The notes: a model not told the origin generated them from the sequence alone. 64,000 nucleotides of DNA from an uncultured Acidobacteriota bacterium (GCA_963812645.1 CAWEVU010000003.1:98071-162070), one strand, 5' to 3'; shown: positions 54,398-64,000, counted from the stretch's first letter. Numbers and translations are program-made.

Positions 54398-55243
54398 TCA
54401 CCGCACCTTCAGCAGCGACATATACCAATTCACGAACGGAGTTCCGAAAAAGACCACGATCAGCGCCCCGGCACCCAGAAAAGTTCCGAATGGCAGCTCA
54501 TAGTCGGTCCCCTTGCGGCGGATGGCGATGAATGCCACGCCGATCACGCTTCCGAGCACTGAGCCGAGAAGTATGGTCAGCACCGTGCGCTTGAGCCCAA
54601 GAAATGCGCCCGCCATCAACATCATCTTTACGTCGCCGAGCCCCATCCCTTCGCGCTTGCGGAGTCGGAAGTAGCCTTCGGAGATCAGCCACAGGATGCC
54701 GCTGCCGAAAGCCGCTCCCAAAAGCGCGTCGACGAGCGAGATCGCCGGCATCGGAGGAGGGAAGGCGAAATAATGATTCGCGAGCGCAAGCGCTGTACCG
54801 TCGGCCGGCGGCAAGAACAGGCTCAGCACCAGCGCGAGCGCGAATCCCGTGAAGTTCACCACATCGGGAAGAATGCGCTCGCGGAGATCCGTAAACACGA
54901 GAATCAGCAGCAGCGACGCAAAGATCGCCCATTTCAGGGTTTCAATCGTCAATCCAAATACGAGATAGCAGACGAGGTATAGCGCTGCATTCAAGATTTC
55001 CACGAGCGGATACATCAGAGAAATCGGCGTGCGGCAAGCCCGGCATTTTCCTCCGAGGATCAGATAGCTCAGGACCGGAATATTGTCGTAGGGTTTGATC
55101 GGCGCGCCGCATTTCGGGCACGCCGACGCAGGCAGCACAATTGATTTACCCGCCGGAATGCGCACGATGCAGACATTCAAAAAGCTCCCGATCACCAACC
55201 CGAGAAGAAACACAGCGCCAGCAATGAGAGGACCGGGAAGCAT
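54398..55243 (-). CDS. pilD: prepilin peptidase / N-methyltransferase (A24 family)
   Basis: 281 aa. It has an N-terminal Zn-finger-like CPKCGAPI...CRAC motif, multiple TM helices and conserved Asp motifs (FTDLRE, GLGDVKM). Confidence 0.9.
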   Translation of the reverse strand: MLPGPLIAGAVFLLGLVIGSFLNVCIVRIPAGKSIVLPASACPKCGAPIKPYDNIPVLSYLILGGKCRACRTPISLMYPLVEILNAALYLVCYLVFGLTIETLKWAIFASLLLILVFTDLRERILPDVVNFTGFALALVLSLFLPPADGTALALANHYFAFPPPMPAISLVDALLGAAFGSGILWLISEGYFRLRKREGMGLGDVKMMLMAGAFLGLKRTVLTILLGSVLGSVIGVAFIAIRRKGTDYELPFGTFLGAGALIVVFFGTPFVNWYMSLLKVR

Positions 55244-55412
55244 GGTTGTAATATGTCACAGCGAAGTGCCAGCCTCAATCAGCACACTGCGACGCGTGCC
55301 CGAGTCCTAACCGCAAAAGCTGCCGCTCTCGGCGCCCTCAGCATCTCTGCGGTGCCTTCTTGCAGTTTCTTCCCTCGCGATTCGCGCGAGCTAGGCTATA
55401 TTCGATCCCCGC

Positions 55413-56456
55413 ATGCTACGCGAATGGTACGAACAAAAAATCCGCGCCTACGAGCACGGCCGCTGGGCCGACGAAAAGAATCGCCGCACGCTGCCATTTT
55501 CTTGGGGCCTTGAGCATATCGGCGGACGCGCGAACGAACGCGATCCACGCACATTTTTAAGCCAATTTGTCGAAGAGACCCTTCGCACGAGCGACGCCTG
55601 GTTCGGCGCCGAATGCATCGGCGATTTTCAATTCACGCCCTCCGACGAAGTCCCCGGCGAGTCCGGCGTCCTCACGTTCACGAGCCCCATCGAATCCCCC
55701 TGGCTTGAAAATAACACGGTCCACGCGCGTTTTTTCCCGGGACACAACTGCGGCCCGGCCGTCGTCGTCCTCACGCAATGGAACGCCAAGTGGCACGAAC
55801 AAGTCGCCGTCTGCCGCTGGCTTCAAAAGCTTGGCATCTCCGCGCTGCGCATGAGCCTGCCGTATCACGATCGCCGCGCCATTCCCGATCATCCGCGTGG
55901 AGATCATCTCGTTGCGCCAAATATCGGACTCACCTTGCAGTCGAATCGCCAGGCCGTGTGCGACGTTCGCGCCTGCGTTCGCTGGCTCGAATCACGAGGC
56001 TACGACAAGCTCGGCATCGTCGGCACCAGCATCGGCTCGTCACTGGCGTTCCTCGCGCTAGCGCACGATCCGAAACTGCGCGCCGGCGTTCATCTTCACG
56101 TCTCGACGTACTGCGGCGAAGTTGTAGCGAATGGATTAACGACGTCCAATGTCTGGGAATCGCTGCGCACCGCGGTCACGCTCGAAGAGTTGCGCCACTA
56201 TTGGTCGCCGATCAGTCCGTTCCCGTACATCTATAAGCTCGACGGAAGCGGAAAGCAGATTCTCGCCATTACCGCCGACTACGACCCAACATTCTGGCCG
56301 GAGCTCTCAGATCAATTCATCGCCGAGCTCCAACGCGACGGCATCCGCTGCGAATCGCTCCATCTGCCGTGCGGACACTACTCGCTCGGCGAGCCGCCGT
56401 TCAGCTACATAGCAGGCTACCGCTTCGGCAGTTTTCTATTTCAAGCGTTGAGCTGA
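55413..56456 (+). CDS. alpha/beta hydrolase-fold protein
   Basis: 347 aa with a nucleophile elbow GTSIGS. Its length and pattern fit abhydrolase-type enzymes. Confidence 0.6.
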   Translation: MLREWYEQKIRAYEHGRWADEKNRRTLPFSWGLEHIGGRANERDPRTFLSQFVEETLRTSDAWFGAECIGDFQFTPSDEVPGESGVLTFTSPIESPWLENNTVHARFFPGHNCGPAVVVLTQWNAKWHEQVAVCRWLQKLGISALRMSLPYHDRRAIPDHPRGDHLVAPNIGLTLQSNRQAVCDVRACVRWLESRGYDKLGIVGTSIGSSLAFLALAHDPKLRAGVHLHVSTYCGEVVANGLTTSNVWESLRTAVTLEELRHYWSPISPFPYIYKLDGSGKQILAITADYDPTFWPELSDQFIAELQRDGIRCESLHLPCGHYSLGEPPFSYIAGYRFGSFLFQALS

Positions 56457-56485
56457 TCGGGCGACGCGGGACCGTTGGCGAAGAT

Positions 56486-58000
56486 CTACTGCAGCAGGGA
56501 AGCAAACTTGCCGGAGGCGATGAGCGCGGCAACGCCTGCGATATCCGCAGAGAGCGAGCGGTCTTCGGTGACGAAGGCGGAGGCGCCGCGGACGAGCGCC
56601 TGCGCTTTTCTTGCCTCGGTGCCGGTCTGCAGCGGCGTCAGAAGCTCAATGCCCTGGCACGCTGAAAGCAGCTCAATCGCCAGGATATTTTCGAGATTCG
56701 CCAGCATCGGCTGGAGCCGCCGCGCCGCTCCCATTCCCATCGAAACGTAATCTTCCTGATTTCCCGAAGTAGAGATCGAATCTACCGAATGAGGAGTCGC
56801 CAGCGCCTTCATTTCGCTAGCCAGCGCCGCCGCAGTAATCTGCAAAATCATGAATCCTGAATTCAGCCCCGCATCCTTGACTAAGAACGCAGGCAGTCCG
56901 CTGGTGAGCGGATTCGTCATTTGCTCGGTGCGGCGCTCCGAAACTCCGGCAAGAGTTGCAAGCGCCACAGCCAGTTGATCCGCAGCCATGGCCAGCGGTT
57001 GGCCATGAAAATTTCCGCCGCTTAAGACTTCGCCCGTATCCGCAAAAACCAGCGGATTATCCGTCGCGCTGTTCAATTCAATCGCCAGCGTCGCGCGCAC
57101 GTTCGACAGCGCATCGCGCACAGCCCCATGCACTTGAGGCGTGCAACGAAGACTGTAGGCGTCCTGGACGCGCGGATCTTTCACCGCCGAGCGATGCGAT
57201 TCGCGGATATCGCTACCGCGATTGAGCCGCGCCAGATTGCGCGCCGTTGCCGCGTGACCCGGATGCGGCCGAGCAGCGGCGATGCGCGGATCGAAAGCCG
57301 TAGGCGTGCCGCGCAACGCATCGAGTGAAAGCGCCGCCGCGACGTCGGCTGTATCGACGAGAATCGCAGCGGACCGCAATCCCAGCGCCAAAAGCGCGAG
57401 CATCGCCTGCGTCCCGTTGAGCAGCGCCAGCCCTTCCTTCGCTTGCAGCGCGATGGGAACAATTCCCGCAAGCCGCATGGCCTCCGCGCCCGCCATGCGC
57501 CGTCCCTGATGAACCGCCTCGCCTTCGCCAATCACCACCTGCGCCAGATGCGCCAGCGGCGCGAGATCACCGGAAGCGCCCACAGATCCTTGCGAAGGAA
57601 TCACAGGATGAACGCGCCGATTCAACATGGCGCACAAAGTTTCGGCCGCCACAGGACGTATGCCGCTGAATCCCTTGGCGATGGCATTCGCGCGCAGAAG
57701 CATAATCGCGCGAACCTCAGGCTCACTCAAAAGCGGTCCGACGCCCGCAGCGTGGCTGCGCACCAGATTCGTTTGAAGCTGCCGAATCTGATCGTGCGAA
57801 ATACGCACCGAGGCCATCTTCCCGAAGCCGGTATTGACGCCGTAAGCGACCTCATCCGATTCCACCAGCCGGTCAATCACCGCGCGCGAAGCATCCATGC
57901 GCTTTCGCGCATCGGGCGCGAGCGAAACTTCGCGGCCGTCGAGCGCCACTTCGTACACGTTGTCGAGCGTGAGATCGTTTCCGGTGAGCGCGAGCGTCAT
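56486..58000 (-). CDS. hutH: histidine ammonia-lyase
   Basis: 504 aa. It has the MIO-forming motif GSVGASGDLAPLAHL and overall aromatic amino-acid lyase architecture. Confidence 0.9.
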   Translation of the reverse strand: MTLALTGNDLTLDNVYEVALDGREVSLAPDARKRMDASRAVIDRLVESDEVAYGVNTGFGKMASVRISHDQIRQLQTNLVRSHAAGVGPLLSEPEVRAIMLLRANAIAKGFSGIRPVAAETLCAMLNRRVHPVIPSQGSVGASGDLAPLAHLAQVVIGEGEAVHQGRRMAGAEAMRLAGIVPIALQAKEGLALLNGTQAMLALLALGLRSAAILVDTADVAAALSLDALRGTPTAFDPRIAAARPHPGHAATARNLARLNRGSDIRESHRSAVKDPRVQDAYSLRCTPQVHGAVRDALSNVRATLAIELNSATDNPLVFADTGEVLSGGNFHGQPLAMAADQLAVALATLAGVSERRTEQMTNPLTSGLPAFLVKDAGLNSGFMILQITAAALASEMKALATPHSVDSISTSGNQEDYVSMGMGAARRLQPMLANLENILAIELLSACQGIELLTPLQTGTEARKAQALVRGASAFVTEDRSLSADIAGVAALIASGKFASLLQ

Positions 58001-58013
58001 AGGCGGCAGGGAA

Positions 58014-58508
58014 TCATTTCTTCGAAATGGAATGTGCGTCGACGGCTTCGCCGCCGTGCGGCGGCGAGGCGATGCCGAAGTACTGCCGATATTTTTCAGG
58101 CAGAGATTTGGGCCGGCCGAGGCGATCGCAGATCACATGAAACGTCTCGCCGTTGGCCAGCAGTTCGTTGGTATCGTCGCGGAAAATCTCGTAAGCGAAT
58201 CGAATCGTCCTCCGCTGCGCTTCTGCCACGCGCGTCCGTATGCGCAGCACATCATCAAATTTCGCCGGCTTCCGGTACCGGCAAGAGGACTCGGCCACCA
58301 CGATGAAGCTATCGTCCTCCGATTCCATCTTTTTGTACTCGAATCCAAGTTGCCGGCAAAGTTCCACGCGCCCGACTTCAAACCAAAGATAGTAGTTGCC
58401 GTAATAAACCACGCCCATCTGATCCGTCTCGGCATAACGCACGCGCACAGTAGTCTCGTAAAAGCGCCCGTTCCCGTCGGAATGATGTGATTCACGATGG
58501 TGTGACAT
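58014..58508 (-). CDS. acyl-CoA thioesterase (4HBT/YbgC-like hotdog fold)
   Basis: 164 aa. The segment RVRYAETDQMGVVYYGNYYLWFEVGR is typical of YbgC/4HBT thioesterases. Confidence 0.8.
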   Translation of the reverse strand: MSHHRESHHSDGNGRFYETTVRVRYAETDQMGVVYYGNYYLWFEVGRVELCRQLGFEYKKMESEDDSFIVVAESSCRYRKPAKFDDVLRIRTRVAEAQRRTIRFAYEIFRDDTNELLANGETFHVICDRLGRPKSLPEKYRQYFGIASPPHGGEAVDAHSISKK

Positions 58509-58553
58509 CGGCGAAACAGTGTAGCAGAGCCCCCGCGACGCCGTCAGCCTTCC

Positions 58554-58650
58554 CTGGCAGCCCCCGTATTTATGCGGGGGAAGGAGCGCTTCAGCGCTCC
58601 GAGAAAAGCTTCGCTCTTCAACGATGCGCTTTAGCGCTGGCTCAGTGCCG
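58554..58650. repeat. REP-like composite palindromic element, copy 4 (short form)
   Basis: TGGCAGCCCCCGTATTTATGCGGGGGAAGGAGCGCTTCAGCGCTCC...GCGCTTTAGCGCTGGC. It lacks the ~40-nt insert present inside the middle palindrome of copies 1 and 2. Confidence 0.75.
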
Positions 58651-58661
58651 CAATTCCGCGC

Positions 58662-59444
58662 TCAATGATCGCTCCACTTCGGCGCACGCTTCTCAAGAAA
58701 CGCCGCCAATCCCTCGCTAAAATCCGGAGTAGATCGAATCTCGGAATTCTCCTGAATCGCCATCGAAATCTCGCGATCCAAATCCGCCTCAGACAACTGA
58801 AGCAGCAACCTCTTCGTAGTTTCGAGGCTAGTCGGGCTCGAGGAAATGAGCGTGGCCGCCAAACGCCGCGCCGCAGGCATCAAATCGTCATTCGGCACGA
58901 CATCATTGACCAATCCCATCGCTCGCGCCTCTGCCGCATCAATGAGCCGCCCCGAAAGCGCCAAATCCCGCGTCCTCTTATCGCCGATCTGCCGCCGCAA
59001 AAAAACCGACACAAGCGCCGGCACAAATCCGATGCGCACCTCCGTATATCCAAACTGGGCCGTCGGCACGGCAATCGTAAAATCGGCAAGCGTCGCAATC
59101 CCGCAGCCGCCGGCTATCGCAGCACCGTTGACGGCAGCGATCGTCGGCTTCGGAAACGAATAAATCGTCCGAAAAAGCTGCGCCATGCGCCGCGAATCCT
59201 GGAGATGTTCCGCAGGCGAGCGCGTGGCAATCGCGCGCAATTCGTCGAGATCCATTCCCGAACAAAACGCCTTTCCCTCGCCAGTCAGGATCACCACGCG
59301 CGCCACACTTGCCTGCGCCTCGGCCAGCGCCGTGATTACGTCGTCGATCATTTGCGTAGAGATGGCGTTGCGCTTCTCAGGCCGAGTAAGCGTAAGAGTC
59401 GCAATCCCTGCGTCAAGTTCGAGTTTTAGCGTCTTGAAATCCAT
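58662..59444 (-). CDS. enoyl-CoA hydratase/isomerase family protein (methylglutaconyl-CoA hydratase-like by context)
   Basis: 260 aa with crotonase-fold motifs (FCSGMDL, AAVNGAAIAGGCG). Confidence 0.85.
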   Translation of the reverse strand: MDFKTLKLELDAGIATLTLTRPEKRNAISTQMIDDVITALAEAQASVARVVILTGEGKAFCSGMDLDELRAIATRSPAEHLQDSRRMAQLFRTIYSFPKPTIAAVNGAAIAGGCGIATLADFTIAVPTAQFGYTEVRIGFVPALVSVFLRRQIGDKRTRDLALSGRLIDAAEARAMGLVNDVVPNDDLMPAARRLAATLISSSPTSLETTKRLLLQLSEADLDREISMAIQENSEIRSTPDFSEGLAAFLEKRAPKWSDH

Positions 59445-59568
59445 CTCGCTCGGTTGAACTCCCCCGCATCAAATAATCTACAGTCCCGTAGGGGCGCGGC
59501 TTGCTGCGCCCGCTCGGAGTAATCCCTGCGAATAGGCCGAGCACGTACCTTGGCGCACCCGCTCCCGG

Positions 59569-60453
59569 CTAGGCATGCGCATAACTCTCCCGAATCTTCC
59601 CAGTCATCGCGCAAGCAATCGCCAGCGACTTCGTGTCAATCCCAGTCGCAACCCCCCGCGCCGCCAGCGTCGCGATCACGGTCTCGGTAGGAATATTTCC
59701 CACCAAATCATCTCCCGCGAACGGGCATCCGCCCAACCCAGTCAGCGCCCCATCAAATCGACGGCACCCAGCCTCATAAGCCGCGAGCACTTTCTCCGCT
59801 GCACCTTCAGGCCGGCTATGTAGATGCACTCCCAATTCAATCCCTTCCGCGGCGCCGCGCACTCCACTGAATAATTCCGAAATCGCCTCGGGAGTGGCCG
59901 TGCCAACTGTATCCGCAAGCGAAACGGTTCCGACGCCGACGCTCTTCAACCACGCCAGCGCGTCTTCCACAATCTCCGGCCCCCACGGCTCCTCATAAGG
60001 ATTTCCAAACGCCATGGAAATATAAACCACCAGCCCGCGTCCGGCAGCCTTTGTCTCGCGCTGCAGTTTCTCCACCAGCGCACGGGATTCATCCCGCGAC
60101 ATATTGGCATTCGCCCGCCGAAAATAAGCCGAGATCGAATACGGATATCCGATCGTTGTCACTCCCGGCGTAGAGAGCGCCCGATCGAGTCCTTGAGCAT
60201 TCACAACGATCCCAATAATCTCAGGCGGCCCACCCGCCGGAAACGCATGCGTCAAACGCCGCATCACGTCTTCGCTATCCGCCATCTGCGGCACATGCTT
60301 CGGCGAAACGAAACTCACCGCATCAATATGCCGGAATCCGAGCGCCATCAATCCGCTCAAATACTCAACTTTCGTTTCGGTCGGAATAATTTCGGTGAGC
60401 CCCTGCCAGGCGTCGCGCGGGCATTCGATAATCTTGACGGTGTCGTTGGGCAT
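59569..60453 (-). CDS. hydroxymethylglutaryl-CoA lyase
   Basis: 294 aa with HMGL-like TIM-barrel motifs (ECPRDAWQG, SLADTVGTATP, HLHSRPEGAAEKVLAAYEAG). Confidence 0.9.
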   Translation of the reverse strand: MPNDTVKIIECPRDAWQGLTEIIPTETKVEYLSGLMALGFRHIDAVSFVSPKHVPQMADSEDVMRRLTHAFPAGGPPEIIGIVVNAQGLDRALSTPGVTTIGYPYSISAYFRRANANMSRDESRALVEKLQRETKAAGRGLVVYISMAFGNPYEEPWGPEIVEDALAWLKSVGVGTVSLADTVGTATPEAISELFSGVRGAAEGIELGVHLHSRPEGAAEKVLAAYEAGCRRFDGALTGLGGCPFAGDDLVGNIPTETVIATLAARGVATGIDTKSLAIACAMTGKIRESYAHA

Positions 60454-60479
60454 TCTGGTCGTCGGGCGCGGTCCGCGCT

Positions 60480-62156
60480 TTACGTCTGCAGCACTCCGGT
60501 CTTGAATTCGCGCACGTCAGGATTCAACGAAGCCGCATCGAGAGCCTCGATAAGCGCCTGCCGCGTCTGCGCCGGATCGATGATCGCGTCCACCCACAGC
60601 CGCGCGGCCGCATAACGCGGATCGGTCTGATGCTCGTAAGTCGCGCGCACCGATTCGTACAATTCCTTCTTGTCCGCGTCGGTCAGCTTCTTGCCCTCGC
60701 GCTCGAGCTGCTTGATCTTGATCTCGACCAAAGTACTAGCCGCCGCATCTCCGCTCATCACCGCATAACGCGCCGTAGGCCAAGCAAACACGAATCGCGG
60801 ATCGTAAGCCTTGCCGCACATCGCATAATGCCCAGCCCCAAAACTCCCGCCGCAAATCACGGTAATCTTCGGCACCACGCTATTCGCCACGGCATTCACC
60901 ATCTTCGCCCCGGCGCGAATAATCCCGCTCCATTCCGCTTCTTTGCCGACCATAAATCCATTCACGTCATGCAGAAAAATCAACGGGATCAAATTCTGAT
61001 TGCAATCGAGAATAAATCGCGCCGCCTTGTCCGCCGATTCCGTGTAAATCACGCCGCCGAATTCCAGACGCCGTTCACCCGTTCCTGCCGCGGCGATCTG
61101 TACGTGCTTCTTATTATTCGCGACGATCCCGACGGCCCAGCCGCCGATGCGTGTCAGCCCGCAGAGCAAGGTCTGCCCGTACTCCGCGCGGTATTCATCG
61201 AAACGGCTGCCGTCCGCAATCCGCGCGATGATTTCGCGCATGTCGTACTGCTTGGCCGGATCGGACGAGAAAATGCCGTAGATCTCTTCCGCTGGATGCG
61301 CCGGCAACTCCGGCTTGTGCTGATTGAACGGTGCGCCCGGCCGCCGCCCCATCTTATCCACCAGCGAGCGAATTCTCTTCAGGCACGCGTCGTCGTCCGG
61401 CTCGCGAAAATCAATCGTGCCGCTGATCTGCGCGTGCATCTTCGCCCCACCAAGCTCTTCCGCCGAAGTCTTCTGTCCAATGGCCGCCTGCACCAACGCC
61501 GGCCCGGCCAAAAAAAGCCCGCTGCCTTCAGTCATGAGTATGTGGTCGCACATCACCGGCAAATAAGCCCCGCCCGCCACGCACATTCCCATGATTGCGG
61601 TGATCTGCGGAATTCCCATCGCGCTCATCACCGCGTTATTCCGAAAGACGCGCCCGAAATCGTCCGTATCGGGAAACACATCCTCCTGCAAGGGCAGAAA
61701 CACGCCTGCGGAATCGACCAGATAAATCGTGGGAATGTGATTCTCAATCGCGATATTCTGCGCGCGAATCACCTTCTTCGCCGTCATCGGGAAAAACGCG
61801 CCGGCCTTTACCGTCGCGTCATTCGCGATGATCATCATCTGCCGCCCGGCCACGCGTCCAATCCCGGTGACGGTTCCAGCCGAAGGCGCCCCGCCCCACT
61901 CCTCATACATCTCGTAAGCCGCGTACAGCCCCAGCTCAAAAAAATGCCCTGGCGGATCGACCAGCTTCGCGATCCTTTCGCGCGCCGTCAGCCGCCCCTT
62001 CTTGTGCTGCGCGTCAATCGCTTTCGCGCCGCCGCCCGCGCGAATCTTTTCCTCTTCGTTTTTGATTTCGGTAAGCCGGTCCACCATGCCGCGAAAATTC
62101 TTCTCAAATTCAGCACTCTTCGCGTTGATGGCGCTATGCAGGACAGGACTCGACAA
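60480..62156 (-). CDS. acyl-CoA carboxylase carboxyltransferase (beta) subunit, methylcrotonoyl-CoA carboxylase-like
   Basis: 558 aa with duplicated carboxyltransferase domains (GGGAKAIDAQHKKGRLTARERI, MGMCVAGGAYLP). It sits next to HMG-CoA lyase and the hydratase, which indicates leucine catabolism. Confidence 0.9.
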   Translation of the reverse strand: MSSPVLHSAINAKSAEFEKNFRGMVDRLTEIKNEEEKIRAGGGAKAIDAQHKKGRLTARERIAKLVDPPGHFFELGLYAAYEMYEEWGGAPSAGTVTGIGRVAGRQMMIIANDATVKAGAFFPMTAKKVIRAQNIAIENHIPTIYLVDSAGVFLPLQEDVFPDTDDFGRVFRNNAVMSAMGIPQITAIMGMCVAGGAYLPVMCDHILMTEGSGLFLAGPALVQAAIGQKTSAEELGGAKMHAQISGTIDFREPDDDACLKRIRSLVDKMGRRPGAPFNQHKPELPAHPAEEIYGIFSSDPAKQYDMREIIARIADGSRFDEYRAEYGQTLLCGLTRIGGWAVGIVANNKKHVQIAAAGTGERRLEFGGVIYTESADKAARFILDCNQNLIPLIFLHDVNGFMVGKEAEWSGIIRAGAKMVNAVANSVVPKITVICGGSFGAGHYAMCGKAYDPRFVFAWPTARYAVMSGDAAASTLVEIKIKQLEREGKKLTDADKKELYESVRATYEHQTDPRYAAARLWVDAIIDPAQTRQALIEALDAASLNPDVREFKTGVLQT

Positions 62157-62270
62157 GGTCTAAGCTCACTCCAAGCAGGGAATCAATTGCAGCAACCACG
62201 GGAGAGTATACGTAATTTACGACAAGCACGCGAGCGGACGTCACGGTGCGCGCCAGATTTCGAGGATGAT

Positions 62271-62567
62271 CTACTTAGATTTTGGCGCCAACGAAGGTGG
62301 GGAAGGAAATCCCTTCCCACGGTGCCGCATCCACAGCACGAATCCAACGATCGCACCGAACGGCAGCGAATAAATCGTAAACCAGCGCGCCTCCGGCAAC
62401 CTCCACGCCACGAACACGAGCGCGACAGCGACAATGAGTCCGATGGGATGCGCAGTGAAAAAGCCCGCCCCATACGGACCAAACGGCTTCACGGTGTCCG
62501 GGCCCAGCCCATCGTCGCGCGCGCGATCCCGAGCCGAACGCGGCTCGTGCCTGCTGATCAGATCCAT
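62271..62567 (-). CDS. small hypothetical membrane protein
   Basis: 98 aa from the ATG at 62567 with two hydrophobic helices (AGFFTAHPIGLIVAVALVFVAW, SLPFGAIVGFVLW). No family was recognised. Confidence 0.35.
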   Translation of the reverse strand: MDLISRHEPRSARDRARDDGLGPDTVKPFGPYGAGFFTAHPIGLIVAVALVFVAWRLPEARWFTIYSLPFGAIVGFVLWMRHRGKGFPSPPSLAPKSK

Positions 62568-62949
62568 GGCTACCCACATTGTACGCCTGTTCCCGGCAAC
62601 GAGGGTCAACCTCCCGAGGAGCTCCTCCCCCTCTGCGCCCTCAGCGTCTCTGCGGTAATCGGTTTCTGTTCTTCGCTTTACCTGCTTCTGCTCTTGGAAT
62701 TGGCCAACCATCCACATATACTTTCTGCCAGCGCGGTTGATTCTGAGCCGCAACTCTCTCGCTGGAGGCGCCTATGCGCAGCATTATTTCACACGGGGAA
62801 AGGTCTGCCTCCGCGCCAGCCGCCAAGTAGCCGAGCCGCCCGCGATTTCGGCAGAACTACTTCCTCTCAAGACTTCGTCGCCATTCACGCTCTCAGATGA
62901 TTGACACACGGTCCGGCGTCGCAGCAAAGCCCTCGAGGAGGAATTTCAA

Positions 62950-63762
62950 ATGCAATTTGTAGATCTGGAATTAGTGCGCCGCCTGGAAGCCGCGGAAGCG
63001 CAAGCCGCCAGGGAATGTGCGCTGTTTCTCGCGCGCAAAAAGCCCGAAAGCGGCGCCGTAAGCATCGACATCATGAGAGGAATGGCCACATTCACCGGCA
63101 TCGGCTCTCCGGTAACCCAAGCTGTAGCCCTCGCGCTGCACGGCCCGGTAAGCGACAGGGAGATGGACGAACTCGAGAACTTCTATCGCACCCGCGGCTC
63201 CGAGGTAAACATCGAAGTCTGCCCGATGGCCGACAGTTCTCTCTACGAGCAACTCGGCCATCGCGGCTACCGCGTCATCGAGCTTTCCGATGTCCTCTAT
63301 CGCCCGATCGACGCGAACGCGAAGCCCGCCACTCTTCCCCCCGGCATCGAAATCCGCCGCACCACACCAGCAGAAGCACGTCTCTGGGCCGAAACCGTCT
63401 CGCGCGGTTTCGCCGAGCACTTTCCCGTCACCGAGGAGCTAATCGAAATCATGGAGATGTTTTCGCAGCGCCCGTCGGATCGAGCCTATCTCGCCTACGC
63501 CGACGGCAAAATCGCCGGCGGCGCAGCCCTCTGCACGCACAACAACATCGCCGGCTGCTTCGGCGCCAGCACGCTGCCCGATTTCCGCCGCCGCGGCATC
63601 CAAACAGCGCTGCTGGAAACCCGCCTGGCCGATGCCGCCGCTGCCGGCTGCAACATCGCCATGAGCATCGCGCAGCTAAATTCCGCTTCGCATCGCAATA
63701 TCGAGCGCCAAGGCTTCCGCGTAGCCTACACGCGCTCAAAATTCATGCGGAAGTGGGACTGA
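62950..63762 (+). CDS. GNAT-family N-acetyltransferase
   Basis: 270 aa. The C-terminal acetyl-CoA binding region (FRRRGIQTALLETRLADAAAAG) is characteristic of GNAT motif A. Confidence 0.75.
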   Translation: MQFVDLELVRRLEAAEAQAARECALFLARKKPESGAVSIDIMRGMATFTGIGSPVTQAVALALHGPVSDREMDELENFYRTRGSEVNIEVCPMADSSLYEQLGHRGYRVIELSDVLYRPIDANAKPATLPPGIEIRRTTPAEARLWAETVSRGFAEHFPVTEELIEIMEMFSQRPSDRAYLAYADGKIAGGAALCTHNNIAGCFGASTLPDFRRRGIQTALLETRLADAAAAGCNIAMSIAQLNSASHRNIERQGFRVAYTRSKFMRKWD

Positions 63763-63920
63763 GCTCTGCCGATCGGATGAATGGGCTTTGTGTGAGAACA
63801 GACGAGTTTTGTCAGGGCACGACTTCAGAGTTTGTGTCGCAACTGGATCTCGATGCCGAGAATCGAGAGCCTCTGTGCTTTGAGCGTTTCGGTTTCGCTG
63901 CACCGCCCGATCCGGCGTGC

Positions 63921-64000
63921 TTAGCTGCGTTGCAAAGCGTGCAGCCGGGTCAAGTTGTAGGCCAGAGCCATCAACAAGAACTCCACGTTCACTCCCGGAA
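63921..64000 (-). CDS. C-terminal 26 codons of a DDE transposase (IS4/IS5/IS1182-like), gene continues past the window end
   Basis: Own translation of the minus strand gives ...PGVNVEFLLMALAYNLTRLHALQRS*. The AYNL.RL tail is typical of these transposases. Confidence 0.45.
   Translation of the reverse strand, partial: PGVNVEFLLMALAYNLTRLHALQRS

Noticed and set aside
55336-55356. Sigma-54-like motif CGGTGC-CTTCT-TGCA upstream of the alpha/beta hydrolase gene
   Set aside because: The GC of the -12 element is one position out of register, and the -24 element lacks the TGGCA core.
60630-62900. 756-aa plus-strand ORF, the longest ORF in this part of the window
   Set aside because: It is antisense to the well-supported carboxyltransferase gene (60480-62156). 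It is Arg/Pro/His-rich with no recognisable domains. This is a typical shadow ORF of a GC-rich genome.

Overview
GC-rich bacterial chromosomal segment. It is most consistent with an Acidobacteriota (Terriglobia-like) genome, based on an ADOP-type duplicated FtsX permease next to PadR, Ser/Thr kinase-TPR proteins and dense palindromic intergenic repeats. This taxon call is inference only.

The left third is a type IV pilus (T4P) locus in the Myxococcus/Geobacter order pilB-pilT-pilC-pilS-pilR, followed by three tandem pilin genes. Two of the pilins are near-identical and each has its own sigma-54 promoter and terminator. Next come a LolA-like gene, an R2-like diiron gene, and a second GspF/GspE pair with pilM-N-O-P-like genes and a frameshifted FG-repeat pseudopilin-like gene. 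No secretin gene is visible in the window.

The centre (20.4-35.1 kb) is an accessory, rearranged zone. It holds gene remnants, an IS91-family transposase plus tyrosine recombinase element inserted into a ~210-bp repeat whose uninterrupted paralog lies at 34.87-35.08 kb, a LuxR/DUF4199 pair, and a detoxification-like cluster (VOC, MBL with an in-frame stop, DJ-1/PfpI, DJ-1-VOC fusion). It also holds the ADOP permease with PadR and a group II intron.

The right part carries:
- a Ser/Thr kinase;
- tRNA-Ala(CGC), whose 3' 17 nt are duplicated 369 bp downstream around a small GIY-YIG gene;
- a PilZ / second PilT / histidine kinase locus;
- a Ctp peptidase, tatA-tatC, an M28 peptidase, aroB and ubiE;
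- a pilD / histidine kinase / secreted protein / sigma-54 regulator operon;
- hutH;
- a leucine-catabolism cluster (carboxyltransferase, HMG-CoA lyase, enoyl-CoA hydratase, thioesterase);
- a GNAT gene;
- the tip of another IS element.

All calls rest on reading the translations and the DNA by eye. No database searches were run.
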